This document shows positions 9,162 through 19,943 of a stretch of 64,000 bases of DNA, piece after piece (position 1 is the stretch's first letter; each line of letters starts with the position of its first letter). Under the pieces are notes generated by a model that saw only the letters and a program-made list of their open reading frames with translations, made no database searches and was not told the DNA's origin. Location: the NCBI GenBank assembly GCA_038891615.1, contig JAWADY010000002.1:1-64000 (forward strand), given 5' to 3'. Both the position numbers and the translations under genes were made by a program. Origin of the DNA: Candidatus Woesearchaeota archaeon. GTDB lineage: Archaea > Nanobdellota > Nanobdellia > Woesearchaeales > ARS49.

Positions 9162-11789
9162 ATGGATTTTAAAGAAATTGAGAAAAAGTGGCAACGTAAA
9201 TGGGAAGATGCTGGCATTTTTAAAGCAATTGAAAGGAGAAGAAAAAAGAAGTTCTACTGCCTTGAGATGTTTCCGTATCCAAGTGCAGCCTATTTGCACA
9301 TGGGGCATGTGCGAAACTATACAATTGGCGATGTGATTGCACGCTTCAAAAGGATGCAAGGATTCAACGTTCTTTATCCAATGGGATATGACAGCTTTGG
9401 TTTACCTGCTGAGAATGCCGCAAAAAAAGAAGGGAAACATCCTAAGCTTTACACAGAGTCAGCGATTGAGAAAATAATGTCGTACCAAAAAGCGCTTGGG
9501 AACAGCTATGACTGGGAGAGGGTTATTGCTACGCACAGACCAGAGTATTATCGCTGGAACCAATACTTTTTTCTGAAAATGTATGAAAAAGGACTTGCCT
9601 ACAGAAAGGCCGCACCAGTAAACTTTTGCCCAAACTGCAATACAGTCCTTGCAGACGAGGAAGTTATTTCTGGGAAATGCTGGCGTTGTGAAAGCGATAC
9701 TGAAACAATAGAGCTTGAGCAATGGTTCCTAAAAACAAGAGCTTATGCAGAAAAACTTTTGGAAGGAATTGATAGGCTTAATTGGCCAGAAAGACTAAAA
9801 GAGATGCAGCGTAACTGGATTGGTAAAAGCAGTGGTATTTTTATAGATTTTATTGTTGATGGTAAACCATGGCCTGTTTTTACAACGCGACCAGACACAA
9901 TTTATGGGGTGACATTCTTGGTCATCTCTGCACAGCACCCAAGACTTGCCGAACTTGTCAGAGGAAGCCCCGAGGAAGAGGCAACGCTAAAGTTCGCAGA
10001 GGCTTGTAGAAAAGCAAAAGCCAGGGAAGAAATAGAAAGACTTGGTAAAGAAGGCATTTTTATAGGAAAATATGCCAAACATCCTTTGACTGGTGAGGAG
10101 CTTCCAATTTGGGCAGGAAACTTTGTTCTTCCAGAGTATGGTTCTGGAATGGTCATGGCAGTGCCCGCGCATGACCAACGAGATTTTGAGTTTGCACGCA
10201 AATACAATCTGCCAATAAAAGTTGTTATAGTTCCCGAAAGTGGCAAAAAAACAACACTCACAAGGGCGTATGAAGGAGACGGTGTGCTTGTGAATTCTGG
10301 TGAATTCAGTGGACTTGGGAATAGATTTGCCATGGAAAAGATAATGACTTATCTTGAAAAAAAAGGCTATGGAAAAAGGGCAATTCAATACAAGATTCGA
10401 GATTGGCTCATTTCAAGGCAGCGATATTGGGGGACTCCGATACCAATAGTCTATTGTCAGCGTTGCGGGACTGTCCCTGTTCCAGAAAAGGAACTGCCAG
10501 TCCTTCTTCCAGAAGATGTAAGTTTCACAGAAAAAGGGAATCCTCTTCTGACAAGCAAAAGTTTTGTCAAGACGACTTGCCCGAAATGCAAAGAGGCTGC
10601 AAGGCGGGAGACAGACACGATGGGAGGTTTTTTCGACTCTTCTTGGTATTTCCTACGCTTCTGCTCGCCAAAAGAAAAAAAGAGACCTTTCAATGCAGCC
10701 GCTGTAAGGTATTGGATGCCTGTAGATCAATACATTGGAGGAATAGAGCACGCAGTTGGACACCTAATTTATGCGCGCTTCTTTACAAAGGTTCTTAATG
10801 AGCTTGGTTTTATTGATTTTGATGAACCATTCATTAGCCTCTTTAATCAAGGAGTTGTTTACAAGGATGGCAAGAAAATGAGTAAAAGCTATGGCAATAC
10901 TGTTACACAAGAAGAAGTTAGCAAAAAATACGGAATAGACACCGCGCGACTATTCCTCTTATTTGTTGCCGCTCCTGAGAAGCCAATCGAATGGACTGAA
11001 GAAGGAATTGAAGGAATGCACAGATTCGTTAAAAGGGTGATTGGACTTGTTGAAAAGGCTAACAGCTCACTCAGCCCTTCACCTGAAATTGAGCACCATA
11101 CAAACAAAACAATAGTTGAAGTTACAGAAGACATAGACAAATTTAGGTTCAACCTTGCCATAATAAAGTTGATGTCGCTCGTTGAACGACTTGAAAAAGA
11201 GCCATACCAAAAAGGAATTGAAGTCCTACTAAAGCTCCTTTCGCCGTTCGCCCCGCATATTTGCGAAGAACTTTGGGAAAGGCTTGGGAAAAGCGACTTC
11301 TTATCTGTTGCAGAATGGCCAAAACCAAAGCTAAAGAAAATAAAGCAGGAAATAGAGCTTGCTGAAGCCCTTGTTGAAAATGTTAGCAATGATGGGAAAA
11401 AGGTTATTGAACTTTCAGGAATTCCAAAGCCAAAAAAGGTAACGCTTGTTGTTGCAAAAGAATGGAAATTTGATTTTATGAGCGCATTAAAGGTTGAACT
11501 GACGAAAACAAGAGAGCCAGGAGAGATAATAAAAGCTCTGCTGCTCAAAGAAAGTTTAAAGGCTCATTCAGGCGAGATTTCAAAAAGGGTTCCGAAGCTT
11601 GTTGCCGAGCCTTCAAGAATGCCTCAAAATATTCTTGATCAGAAGAAAGAAATTTCAATTTTGAAAAAGGCACAGGGCGCTCTTGAGGATAAGTTTAATT
11701 GTGCCGTTGAGATTGTTGCAGAGCAAGACTCTAAACATCCAAAAGCATCGCAGGCAATGCCTGGAAAGCCGGCTATAATTGTTGAATAG
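9162..11789 (+). CDS. leuS: Leucyl-tRNA synthetase (bacterial-type core, archaeal-type C-terminus)
   Basis: LEMFPYPS..LHMGH, FTTRPDT, ISRQRYWG, KMSKS; C-terminal AMPGKPAIIVE. Confidence 0.95.
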   Translation: MDFKEIEKKWQRKWEDAGIFKAIERRRKKKFYCLEMFPYPSAAYLHMGHVRNYTIGDVIARFKRMQGFNVLYPMGYDSFGLPAENAAKKEGKHPKLYTESAIEKIMSYQKALGNSYDWERVIATHRPEYYRWNQYFFLKMYEKGLAYRKAAPVNFCPNCNTVLADEEVISGKCWRCESDTETIELEQWFLKTRAYAEKLLEGIDRLNWPERLKEMQRNWIGKSSGIFIDFIVDGKPWPVFTTRPDTIYGVTFLVISAQHPRLAELVRGSPEEEATLKFAEACRKAKAREEIERLGKEGIFIGKYAKHPLTGEELPIWAGNFVLPEYGSGMVMAVPAHDQRDFEFARKYNLPIKVVIVPESGKKTTLTRAYEGDGVLVNSGEFSGLGNRFAMEKIMTYLEKKGYGKRAIQYKIRDWLISRQRYWGTPIPIVYCQRCGTVPVPEKELPVLLPEDVSFTEKGNPLLTSKSFVKTTCPKCKEAARRETDTMGGFFDSSWYFLRFCSPKEKKRPFNAAAVRYWMPVDQYIGGIEHAVGHLIYARFFTKVLNELGFIDFDEPFISLFNQGVVYKDGKKMSKSYGNTVTQEEVSKKYGIDTARLFLLFVAAPEKPIEWTEEGIEGMHRFVKRVIGLVEKANSSLSPSPEIEHHTNKTIVEVTEDIDKFRFNLAIIKLMSLVERLEKEPYQKGIEVLLKLLSPFAPHICEELWERLGKSDFLSVAEWPKPKLKKIKQEIELAEALVENVSNDGKKVIELSGIPKPKKVTLVVAKEWKFDFMSALKVELTKTREPGEIIKALLLKESLKAHSGEISKRVPKLVAEPSRMPQNILDQKKEISILKKAQGALEDKFNCAVEIVAEQDSKHPKASQAMPGKPAIIVE

Positions 11790-11801
11790 TGAAAATAAAG
11801 A

Positions 11802-12081
11802 GGATGGGCAGGCACGCCTGCTGATGGACATGTTTATGCAAAAGCAGTTTTACCTCTGACCCTCCTCAGTTCCGTTTATCTGCAAGCATTGAGAACCACG
11901 GTTAGTGCTGCTGCATTCCTGCCCTGACACGGTTCCCGTAGCCACAATCCTGCAGGACAGAACCTCAACGTTGGGCCAAAGACTGCCATGCAAAAACAGG
12001 CCGCTCAACAAGCTTCGACACCGCCTATAGCCCGTTGACGGTTACAGGAGAGGGCTAGTCTCCCTGCCTAGCCTGCCCACC
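11802..12081 (-). ncRNA. ffs: Archaeal signal recognition particle (7S) RNA
   Basis: Terminal helix GGTGGGCAGGC/GCCTGCCCATCC; Alu-like GCTAGGC...CTGTAACC; helix 8 GGGAACCGTGTCAGGGCAGGAATGCAGCAGCAC. Confidence 0.9.
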
Positions 12082-12163
12082 TTTTTTGGTTTTTACATGC
12101 TTTTAAAGCTTACTGAGCATTTGCCAACAAAATTAACACGCATTTGGCACAAATGTGGCAATT

Positions 12164-13051
12164 CTAAAGTAAAGTAGAAAACAAAAGCGCTACAAGATAT
12201 CCAACTACACAACCAATACTTAAGAAGGGCATAGCAGGATAAAAGGTCTCCTTTTTGCCAAAAATTAGCAACAAAAGTAATGATGCGGCAACAAAAATTG
12301 GAATTACCAAGGTTGGCAAGAAGCCAAGAGACTTCATCGCAACACCTGCGAAAAGTAGTGGAAAGCCTATGTCTCCACCTCCAAGAATTGCTGCTTTGAT
12401 TCTTACTTTTCTAAACCTAAGTCCTTTAGGCGCCGGCTTCGGCAATGAATGTGGAATAAGTAGACCTGCAAAAATTCCTGCTTTCGCCTGCCATTTCGCC
12501 ATTCGTATCATGTGCCTGCTTTTCCACACAGCATATGCATCATAAGCTGAAATAAGCAGTAGGATTACAAACATCGCAAAGAGATTTATTATTGGTACAA
12601 AGATTGCTGCAAGGCCAGGGTAGATAAAAAGCTCTGTAGCGTTGTGAATGAATAAGTTTGGTTTGAAAACTTTTAGCAACGCAAAGATGATAGCTATTGC
12701 CGAAGCGGCTGTAGGAGGTAAAAATGCTCCAAATGCAATTGCCAGGGTTGTTGTAACGGCAAGCAGATACCATAACTTCCAAAGCAAAAAGCTTCGGAAT
12801 GACATTAAAAGCAAAAAAAGAAGCGTTCCAACAATAACCGCCGCAAAAATCCAAACAAATGAAATAGATGCATTAATCTGCGGCCTTTCTATTGAAACGC
12901 CCGCAATCGAAGGAAGAGCCTTCCAACTTAGCTCCCCTGTCTGAACAGTCTTTGGATAGTCCACATATTCGCGGAGAACAAAAAGTCCTACGAATTGCGA
13001 AAGAAGAAAAAGGCCAACAAGCCAAATAATGACTGCAAATGAGTGCTTCAT
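12164..13051 (-). CDS. Presenilin-family intramembrane aspartyl protease (PSH)
   Basis: Multiple TM helices with YD, LGGGD and PAMPF motifs. Confidence 0.88.
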   Translation of the reverse strand: MKHSFAVIIWLVGLFLLSQFVGLFVLREYVDYPKTVQTGELSWKALPSIAGVSIERPQINASISFVWIFAAVIVGTLLFLLLMSFRSFLLWKLWYLLAVTTTLAIAFGAFLPPTAASAIAIIFALLKVFKPNLFIHNATELFIYPGLAAIFVPIINLFAMFVILLLISAYDAYAVWKSRHMIRMAKWQAKAGIFAGLLIPHSLPKPAPKGLRFRKVRIKAAILGGGDIGFPLLFAGVAMKSLGFLPTLVIPIFVAASLLLLLIFGKKETFYPAMPFLSIGCVVGYLVALLFSTLL

Positions 13052-13132
13052 GAGCCAAAGAGTTCTAGAAAGTTATTTAAATGTAGCGGACTACCCGACA
13101 AATGATGCCTTAAGTCAAAGCAAAGAGGTGAG

Positions 13133-13342
13133 TTGATGGTTGGATATCGTGTTGCCTATCTTCCTGCTTCGTTCATGCTACTTTCAATTGCAGGTTTTCT
13201 TTTTTCTGCATTTTATCTTTGGCGTATTTCAGTGCGTTGGGCTTTTGCGCTCGGAACCCTATTCATCATAATGTTCATCGCATCCTTCATTTCAATGAGC
13301 TATGCCCCACTGCCTGAAAAGATAAATGAAACAAAGGTGTAA
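13133..13342 (+). CDS. Small two-TM membrane protein
   Basis: GAGGTGA SD; two hydrophobic helices (LPASFML...FIASFISM). Confidence 0.65.
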   Translation: MMVGYRVAYLPASFMLLSIAGFLFSAFYLWRISVRWAFALGTLFIIMFIASFISMSYAPLPEKINETKV

Positions 13343-13350
13343 CTGTTTGT

Positions 13351-14673
13351 CTAAAACTCAAAAAGTCCTTCCTTTTCAGGAATAGCAGATGGGGCAGCGC
13401 CCCCGTGCCAGCTAAATCTTGGCCTTATTTGCATTGGAAACATCCTTTCATTTATATCATCGACTGCTAGCGCCGCGCCGGAAAGTCTTGGCAGCTGGTC
13501 CAGTTCTTTGTCGAGGCTTTGACGCATATAACTCTGGAGGAGGTTACCAAGTGCTTCAACATCAACTTTTGCGGTAATCCTGTGACTTATGATTATGTCG
13601 GACTGCGTCATCACATCCGTGTGTATTTTGCCTGGCTGCTGAGTTGCTAGTATGAGTCCTATTCCTGGCTGCCTTCCTTCACGAAGGACTGTAACGAGAG
13701 AATCAGTAGCGGCTGTCTTTCCTTTGTTTGGAAGAAATTCGTGTGCCTCGTCCAAAATAAGCCAAATGAGAGGAACCTTTACCTCTGCAGGAGCTGTGCC
13801 AAAAAAGTGAATTGCAGATTGTATTGATTTGAACTCTTCAGCTCTCCTTGCTGACATGCGCTCAATGAAAAGCTTCTTTGTAACAAGGCCAACAATGAGG
13901 TTCTTTATTCGCCATCCTTCTGCCATTGCTGCATAGCAGCTGAGGTCGAGGATTGTTACCTTTCCAGCTTCTGCAAGCTGAGCAATCGGAGTTCCTTCTT
14001 TTGAAAAAACTCCCCAACGAGATACTGCCTCAAACCTGTTTCTTGCAGCTTCAGCAATGTACGGCTCTACAGCCTTTTCAGCTTGTACTGCAGCCATTAT
14101 GTCTCGAAGCTCGTAATCCTGACCCATCTGCTCTTGAAGTTGGAGAATCAACTTTTCAATGAAAACGGCAAGGGGTTCTGTTGGATGAAGCTCAAATGTT
14201 AGAAACCAATCCTCTGGGCTTAGCTCGCCAGGCTTGAGTGCAAATGGCTTGTCTGTTGGGATTCCTTTTTCTTTAAACTCATTAAAAAATCCTGTTGGCG
14301 TGTAAATAACTAATTCAAGTGGCTTTCCTTCAAGTCCCCACTCCTTTAGTAGTGCCGCATCACGATTGTTAGGATATTTTGCGGTCCAATAAACCCCCAT
14401 TGTGTCAAGAATGATTACGGAGATGTTTTGCTTTATCTCCAGCGGCAAGTCAGCAATCCCTTCTGCAATGACACCGAGTGTATAAGACTTTCCGCTACCC
14501 CTTTTCCCTGTAATAAGCACAACATGACTTTTTGAGATGTCAAGATATATTGGGGAAGAAAGTGTTGTTGTTTGTGCCATGCGTACATAATGCTTTCCTA
14601 TGAAAACAGCACCTCGAAGTCCAAACCTTTTCCTTTCTTCTTCGCTCCTTCCGAGCACTATTTCATAGACCAT
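13351..14673 (-). CDS. HerA/FtsK-like (DUF87) P-loop ATPase
   Basis: GKRGSGKS, ILDTMG, ILDEAH, REGRQPG..LATQQP. Confidence 0.88.
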   Translation of the reverse strand: MVYEIVLGRSEEERKRFGLRGAVFIGKHYVRMAQTTTLSSPIYLDISKSHVVLITGKRGSGKSYTLGVIAEGIADLPLEIKQNISVIILDTMGVYWTAKYPNNRDAALLKEWGLEGKPLELVIYTPTGFFNEFKEKGIPTDKPFALKPGELSPEDWFLTFELHPTEPLAVFIEKLILQLQEQMGQDYELRDIMAAVQAEKAVEPYIAEAARNRFEAVSRWGVFSKEGTPIAQLAEAGKVTILDLSCYAAMAEGWRIKNLIVGLVTKKLFIERMSARRAEEFKSIQSAIHFFGTAPAEVKVPLIWLILDEAHEFLPNKGKTAATDSLVTVLREGRQPGIGLILATQQPGKIHTDVMTQSDIIISHRITAKVDVEALGNLLQSYMRQSLDKELDQLPRLSGAALAVDDINERMFPMQIRPRFSWHGGAAPSAIPEKEGLFEF

Positions 14674-14828
14674 TGTCTAGAAAATCGACTCAAAAGCTAT
14701 ATAAAACTTACCGAGCCTTTAAGCACACTACCTTCCAAACGAAAGGATGGGGAGTTGTTGCAGAAAAGAAAAGGTATTTAAATAATGCTTTTTTAAACCT
14801 TTTAAGCTTTAAACTTGGAGGGGTAGGC

Positions 14829-15410
14829 ATGGGCAAAAAAACAACTACCAAAGGTGGCCAGAAAGAGTCTAAGCGTGAGATTAGCATTGTGAACATTGTT
14901 GTATCAGCATCACTTGGGAGAGATATTCCACTTGAAAAAATGGCTGCAACGCTCTCAAACACAGAATACAACCCAGAGCAGTTTCCAGGACTTGTTATAA
15001 GGATAAAGGAACCAAAAACCTCTGCTTTGATTTTTAGCTCTGGAAACATTGTCTGTACAGGCGCAAGGTCAATGGAAAAAGTAAGGGAATCAATTCGAAA
15101 GATAATGAAATCCCTTGAAAAAATAAACATCAAGATAAAACAGGAGCCTGAGGTAAAAATACAGAACATTGTTGCATCGGGCAGCATTGGAATGGATTTG
15201 AACCTTAACGTACTTGCGATGAAACTCGAAAATACTGAATATGAACCTGAACAGTTCCCAGGACTTGTTTACAAGCTTCCTGGTGCAAGGGCAACATTTT
15301 TGCTTTTTTCAAATGGCAAGATTGTTTGTACAGGGACGAAATCAGAGGAAGAAGTCCTGAAAGCTCTTGATTTGCTCATACAGAATATCAAGAAAGTCCG
15401 TGGCAAATAG
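14829..15410 (+). CDS. tbp: TATA-box binding protein
   Basis: Two repeats of NIV.S...EY(N/E)PEQFPGLV...LF.SG.IVCTG; start at ATG 14829 after GGAGG. Confidence 0.97.
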   Translation: MGKKTTTKGGQKESKREISIVNIVVSASLGRDIPLEKMAATLSNTEYNPEQFPGLVIRIKEPKTSALIFSSGNIVCTGARSMEKVRESIRKIMKSLEKINIKIKQEPEVKIQNIVASGSIGMDLNLNVLAMKLENTEYEPEQFPGLVYKLPGARATFLLFSNGKIVCTGTKSEEEVLKALDLLIQNIKKVRGK

Positions 15411-15423
15411 TTTCGGCTTAAAA

Positions 15424-17439
15424 ATGGAATCTGAAGAGCAAGCAAGGGTGTGGGCTGAATTCTTAGAAAAGAACTACCACGCAGAACTTCTTGAGAAGGT
15501 TCGTAAAGGAGAGCTTTGGCTTGTTGTAGATTTTAGCTTGCTTGCGAAACACAATCCAGACCTTGCTGATTCCCTTCTTGATAAGCCAGAAGATACCCTT
15601 CAGGCTGCAGAAGCTGCACTTGAGCAGTTTGACCTTCCTGAAAGGAGAAAGGACTTTACAATCAGAATAAAAAACCTTCCAAAATCAAACACAATCTTGA
15701 TAAGAGAAATACGCTCAACGCATATTGGAAAACTTATTTCTGTTGAAGGAATAGTCAGACAAAAATCAGAAGTCCGCCCAATGATAACCACAGCACGATT
15801 TGAGTGCCCCAGCTGTGGCAACAAAATAACGGTTATACAGACCGATATAAAGTTTAAAGAACCAAGCAGGTGTTCGTGCGGCAGAAAAGGAAAGTTCAAA
15901 CTTGCTGAGAAGGAACTTGTCGACGCTCAGGCATTAGTCTTGGAGGAGCTGCCTGAACAGCTTGACGACCCTTCCCAACCAAAGCGAATAAACATTTTTC
16001 TAAAAAAAGATCTTGTGAGCCCAATGTCCAACAGAAGGACAAACCCCGGCGCAAGGATCCATGTTGTAGGGATAGTGAAGGAAGTTCCAATCTTTCTTAA
16101 GACAGGAGGACAGTCAACAAAGTTTGATCTTTTCATAGAAGGGAACAACATTGAACCACTAGACAAAGATTATTCAGAGATTAGTATTTCTGAAGAGGAC
16201 AAAAAGGCAATCTATGAGCTCTCCAAAGACCCTTTTCTTCTTAAGAAGATGGTTGACTCAATCGCGCCTTCGATATATGGCCATGAAAAGATAAAGGAAG
16301 CACTCGTCCTACAACTTGTAGGCGGGGTGCGAAAGGTGCGAAAGGATGGAGTCGTAACAAGAGGAGATTCTCACATTCTCCTTGTTGGAGACCCTGGAAG
16401 CGCAAAGTCTCAACTCCTTAAAAGAATCGAAGTTGTGGCTCCAAAAGGAAAATATGTTACTGGAAAAGGTGCAACAGGTGCGGGACTGACTGCAGCTGTC
16501 GTAAAGGATGAGTTTATTCAAGGTTGGGCACTGGAGGGAGGGGCGCTTGTTCTTGCAAACAAAGGCATATGCCTAATTGATGAGCTTGACAAAATGTCGA
16601 AGGAGGATAGCTGGGCAATGCACGAGGCACTTGAGCAGCAGACAATAACAATCTCAAAAGCCAATATTCAGGCAACGCTAAAGGCCGAAACTACCGTTCT
16701 TGCAGCAGCAAATCCAAAATTTGGACGGTTTGACCCCTATGAAACAATTGCAGAACAAATAAACCTTCCTCCAACACTCCTAAATCGCTTTGACCTCATA
16801 TTTCCAATAAAAGACGTCCCTGACCCATCAAAGGATGAAAGAATGGCGCGATTTATCCTTCAGCTTCACAAGGACTCTGCTGCTGAAAATCCACCAATAC
16901 CAACTGAGCTACTAAGAAAATACATTAGTTTTGCAAGACAGAACTTTTTCCCAAAGCTTACTGAAGGAGCGATGGAAGAGATAAAAGAGTATTACCTAAA
17001 GATGCGCACATCAGGCTCAAAGGAAGGAGTTGTTAATGTTGTTCCAATCTCTGCCCGACAACTTGAGGCCCTTGTCAGGCTATCAGAGGCTTCAGCGAGG
17101 TTGCGCCTTTCTGACAAAGTTCTAAGAAAGGATGCAAAAAAGGCTATTGAACTTCTTGATTACTGTCTCCGCGAGGTTGCCCTTGATGTTGAAACAGGAA
17201 CAATTGACATCGACAGACTTGGTGAGATGCCAGCAAGCCAAAGAAGCAAGATTGTTATAATTCGCGAGATATTGGCGGATTTGGAAAACAAACTTGGCAA
17301 AACAATTCCCATCGATGACATTTTCAAACAAGCCTCGCTTAAAGGAATAGCCATCAGTGACGCTGAAGAGGCTATACAAAAACTAAAGCGTGCAGGGGAT
17401 GTTTACGAACCTAAGCCTGGATTCTTGAGCCTAATTTAA
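15424..17439 (+). CDS. mcm: MCM replicative helicase
   Basis: Zn motif, GDPGSAKS, GLTAAV, LIDELDKM, AAANP, LLNRFD, SARQLE; no intein. Confidence 0.97.
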   Translation: MESEEQARVWAEFLEKNYHAELLEKVRKGELWLVVDFSLLAKHNPDLADSLLDKPEDTLQAAEAALEQFDLPERRKDFTIRIKNLPKSNTILIREIRSTHIGKLISVEGIVRQKSEVRPMITTARFECPSCGNKITVIQTDIKFKEPSRCSCGRKGKFKLAEKELVDAQALVLEELPEQLDDPSQPKRINIFLKKDLVSPMSNRRTNPGARIHVVGIVKEVPIFLKTGGQSTKFDLFIEGNNIEPLDKDYSEISISEEDKKAIYELSKDPFLLKKMVDSIAPSIYGHEKIKEALVLQLVGGVRKVRKDGVVTRGDSHILLVGDPGSAKSQLLKRIEVVAPKGKYVTGKGATGAGLTAAVVKDEFIQGWALEGGALVLANKGICLIDELDKMSKEDSWAMHEALEQQTITISKANIQATLKAETTVLAAANPKFGRFDPYETIAEQINLPPTLLNRFDLIFPIKDVPDPSKDERMARFILQLHKDSAAENPPIPTELLRKYISFARQNFFPKLTEGAMEEIKEYYLKMRTSGSKEGVVNVVPISARQLEALVRLSEASARLRLSDKVLRKDAKKAIELLDYCLREVALDVETGTIDIDRLGEMPASQRSKIVIIREILADLENKLGKTIPIDDIFKQASLKGIAISDAEEAIQKLKRAGDVYEPKPGFLSLI

Positions 17440-17488
17440 CAAATGGCGCAAAGAGCCTTATAATTCACTTTTGAACTTAAAATATCAC

Positions 17489-18565
17489 TTACTGTACTTG
17501 ACTTAGCTGTAGTGCCCGAAGGTTTTTCAACGAGTTACAGGAGCGTCTTAAGTATGTATTTGATATTGAGCTGCAAATGCTAAAATCGTTTCTTTCAAGA
17601 GCAAAGCTAAGATAGCACCTGTCTCTTTTATCTTCTGCAGATATCTTTGCACAAAAGGTTGTGTTTGCTGCGTCCAGAGCTATTGCGCCGAAGCAGTCGT
17701 CTGAAAAGCTTTGCTGCGGAATTCCATCGCAAAGTGCCGCGGCCTCATCTGGGTTTGTTTTTACAATTGATTTTGCTTCATCGACAATCTCTTGTGGAGT
17801 CCTTGCAGCTGGGAGAGCGGCGCAATCCAAAGCGCAGGTTATTGAGGTTTCGCTTTCCTCGCAAATACCATTGCCACAACATGGCGTGAGCTCCTTGTGA
17901 ACGCATTTTCCCTGAACACAAGAGTCTTTGGTGCAGATATTCTTATCATCGCAACTTTCAGGACATGCTAGAGCAGCAGGAGCAGTTGGTGGTTGGAGCT
18001 GAGTTGGAAGCTCAACTACTGGTTCAACCAGTCTAAAGAAAAAATTAGAACGCACAACCTTGCTGTCAAAACTTGCCTCGGCTTCCAAAACATACCTTGA
18101 AGGAGCAACATCTTTTGGAAGTGTAACAGCTATTTCCCTACTCTCCTTTTCAAAAAGCAAAAATTCCTCTTCCCCTGATGCAAGAATGATTTTTTTTGTT
18201 GGTTCATAAACGTTGTGTCTAAGACGAATTGGAAAGCCTTTTGCTTTACCGAGGTTTGTAAGTCTTGCGTCAAAAACTAACGGCTCATTCTTGGCAATCT
18301 CTACAGAGACAGGTTCAAGAGCAAGCGTAATTGCCTTTCCAGGGGCTCGGACGAGAAAAAAAGTGGCAATGGCTGCAGAAAGAATAGCAACGCCGATAAT
18401 TAAAAAAAGAAAAGTTTTTGGCCTTGATTTTCTTGTTATACGCGAAATAATTGCAGCTATGCTTTGTGGCGAATAACCCGAAGCAATAAGATGTGCCTTG
18501 ATGGTTGCTTCATCATATCCTTCTTTCAACAAGCGCTTAACATATTCAGCTAGTTCGTTGGCCAT
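17489..18565 (-). CDS. Membrane-anchored surface protein with Ig-like and Cys-rich domains
   Basis: Short cytoplasmic N-domain, TM helix, CDDKNICTKDSC/CCGNGICE and C-terminal Cys-helical repeats. Confidence 0.7.
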   Translation of the reverse strand: MANELAEYVKRLLKEGYDEATIKAHLIASGYSPQSIAAIISRITRKSRPKTFLFLIIGVAILSAAIATFFLVRAPGKAITLALEPVSVEIAKNEPLVFDARLTNLGKAKGFPIRLRHNVYEPTKKIILASGEEEFLLFEKESREIAVTLPKDVAPSRYVLEAEASFDSKVVRSNFFFRLVEPVVELPTQLQPPTAPAALACPESCDDKNICTKDSCVQGKCVHKELTPCCGNGICEESETSITCALDCAALPAARTPQEIVDEAKSIVKTNPDEAAALCDGIPQQSFSDDCFGAIALDAANTTFCAKISAEDKRDRCYLSFALERNDFSICSSISNTYLRRSCNSLKNLRALQLSQVQ

Positions 18566-18602
18566 TTTTTTAAAAAAACAATTTCTGCTTATAAGCTTTC
18601 TG

Positions 18603-19448
18603 TCAAAAAAAGAGAGGCGTTACATAAACCTCGAGCAAGGCTGCAACAAAGAGGAGAAGAATTGCAATCAAAGTTAGGTCTGCTACATCAACAATAATCC
18701 TTTCAAAATGTGGAGTCTCAAACTCTTTTTTGATTATTGCTACTGAAAGAATTCCTCCTGCAAGTGCTCCAACAAAATAAGCAAGGATTTCTGGAATCCC
18801 ATGAAAAAGATATCTGAGGGCGCTTCCTACAGTTGCAAGCAGATATGTCTTTGGTGCTCCACTCAGCGCCAAATTGTGTGTAACATACTTCTGTATAAAA
18901 ATGCCCGCAGCTGTTCCTATTAATGAAGAATTCCAAATAATTATAAATATTGAGCCAGCGCCATAAAGCAGCGAGAATGCAATCGAAAGAATAAGAACAC
19001 GTAGATTGTTCAAAAATATTTTGCTAAGAATGGAGAAGTTTCCTAGTGCCGCAGCTGACAACTCATTGTTCAGGTTTATAATAGTAGCCGTCTGGATACT
19101 GAAAAGATTCGAAGAGGTTTCTGGCGGCAAAACAACAAACCAGAAGGCATAAGAAATTACCGTACCCAAAAAAAGGAACAATAAGAAAAGAAGCGTCCTG
19201 CCATGCTGCTTCAATATCTCACGTTCGCTCTTAAGCGCCTCGCCAACAAGTTCCTGATGGCGTATAAAGGAATAAAAAAGAGGCATAATAGCAATAACAT
19301 TTAAAAAGACCATAACAAGAGATGCTTGACTCTTAAAAGTCCAAAGCGAGACAAAAATGGCTGTTGTGCTGTAAAGTGCGCCTAAGAAAGCCATTTCCCA
19401 CGCTTTCCTGCCTTTCTTGAAAGGATTGAAAAGGTAGCTTAAGACCAT
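18603..19448 (-). CDS. Stage II sporulation protein M-like (DUF95) membrane protein
   Basis: IFLNNL, WNSS..G, HGIPEI, AALLEV motifs; multiple TM helices. Confidence 0.82.
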   Translation of the reverse strand: MVLSYLFNPFKKGRKAWEMAFLGALYSTTAIFVSLWTFKSQASLVMVFLNVIAIMPLFYSFIRHQELVGEALKSEREILKQHGRTLLFLLFLFLGTVISYAFWFVVLPPETSSNLFSIQTATIINLNNELSAAALGNFSILSKIFLNNLRVLILSIAFSLLYGAGSIFIIIWNSSLIGTAAGIFIQKYVTHNLALSGAPKTYLLATVGSALRYLFHGIPEILAYFVGALAGGILSVAIIKKEFETPHFERIIVDVADLTLIAILLLFVAALLEVYVTPLFF

Positions 19449-19535
19449 TTTGTTTTGGCACAGTTTCTTTTTTATAAAGTTTGTTGTAGTTAAGATATCC
19501 CAAGATTTATAAACACTAGCAGATTGAACCTCCAT

Positions 19536-19943
19536 ATGGATTATGAGCAACTGCTAAAACGTGCACAACGTCTTATGCCAAGCTCTGTGCTTGAAAGAAG
19601 TCGTTTTGAGATTCCGAAGGTTCGCGGCCACATAGAAGGAAACAAGACCGTTATAAATAACTTTTTGCAGATTGCAGACGTCCTGAGAAGGGATCCCGAG
19701 CACATCCTGAAATTCATATTAAGGGAGCTTGCAACACCTGGAGAAATTCGCAAGAATGTGCTTGTTCTTGGCGCTAAGATTGCGGCATCCAGGATTAATG
19801 AAAAAATAAGGCAATATGCAGACGAATTTGTGTTTTGCCACGAATGCGGTAAGCCAGATACCGATCTAAAAAAAGAGGTTGAATTTACTTACCTTGTTTG
19901 TTCGGTTTGTGGAGCAAAGCGTGCTGTTAAGTCTAAGATTTAA
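19536..19943 (+). CDS. eif2b: Translation initiation factor aIF2 beta subunit
   Basis: YEQLLKRA, RFEIP, GNKTVI.NF, CHECGKPDT, CSVCGA. Confidence 0.95.
   Translation: MDYEQLLKRAQRLMPSSVLERSRFEIPKVRGHIEGNKTVINNFLQIADVLRRDPEHILKFILRELATPGEIRKNVLVLGAKIAASRINEKIRQYADEFVFCHECGKPDTDLKKEVEFTYLVCSVCGAKRAVKSKI

Noticed and set aside
9459-11548. Numerous antisense or alternative-frame ORFs within long genes (here and throughout)
   Set aside because: They are fully nested in well-supported CDSs and have no motifs or start signals.
13351-14673. HerA-based defence or NurA-HerA repair module
   Set aside because: No NurA, Sir2 or nuclease partner is adjacent; it has host-like composition in a housekeeping context.
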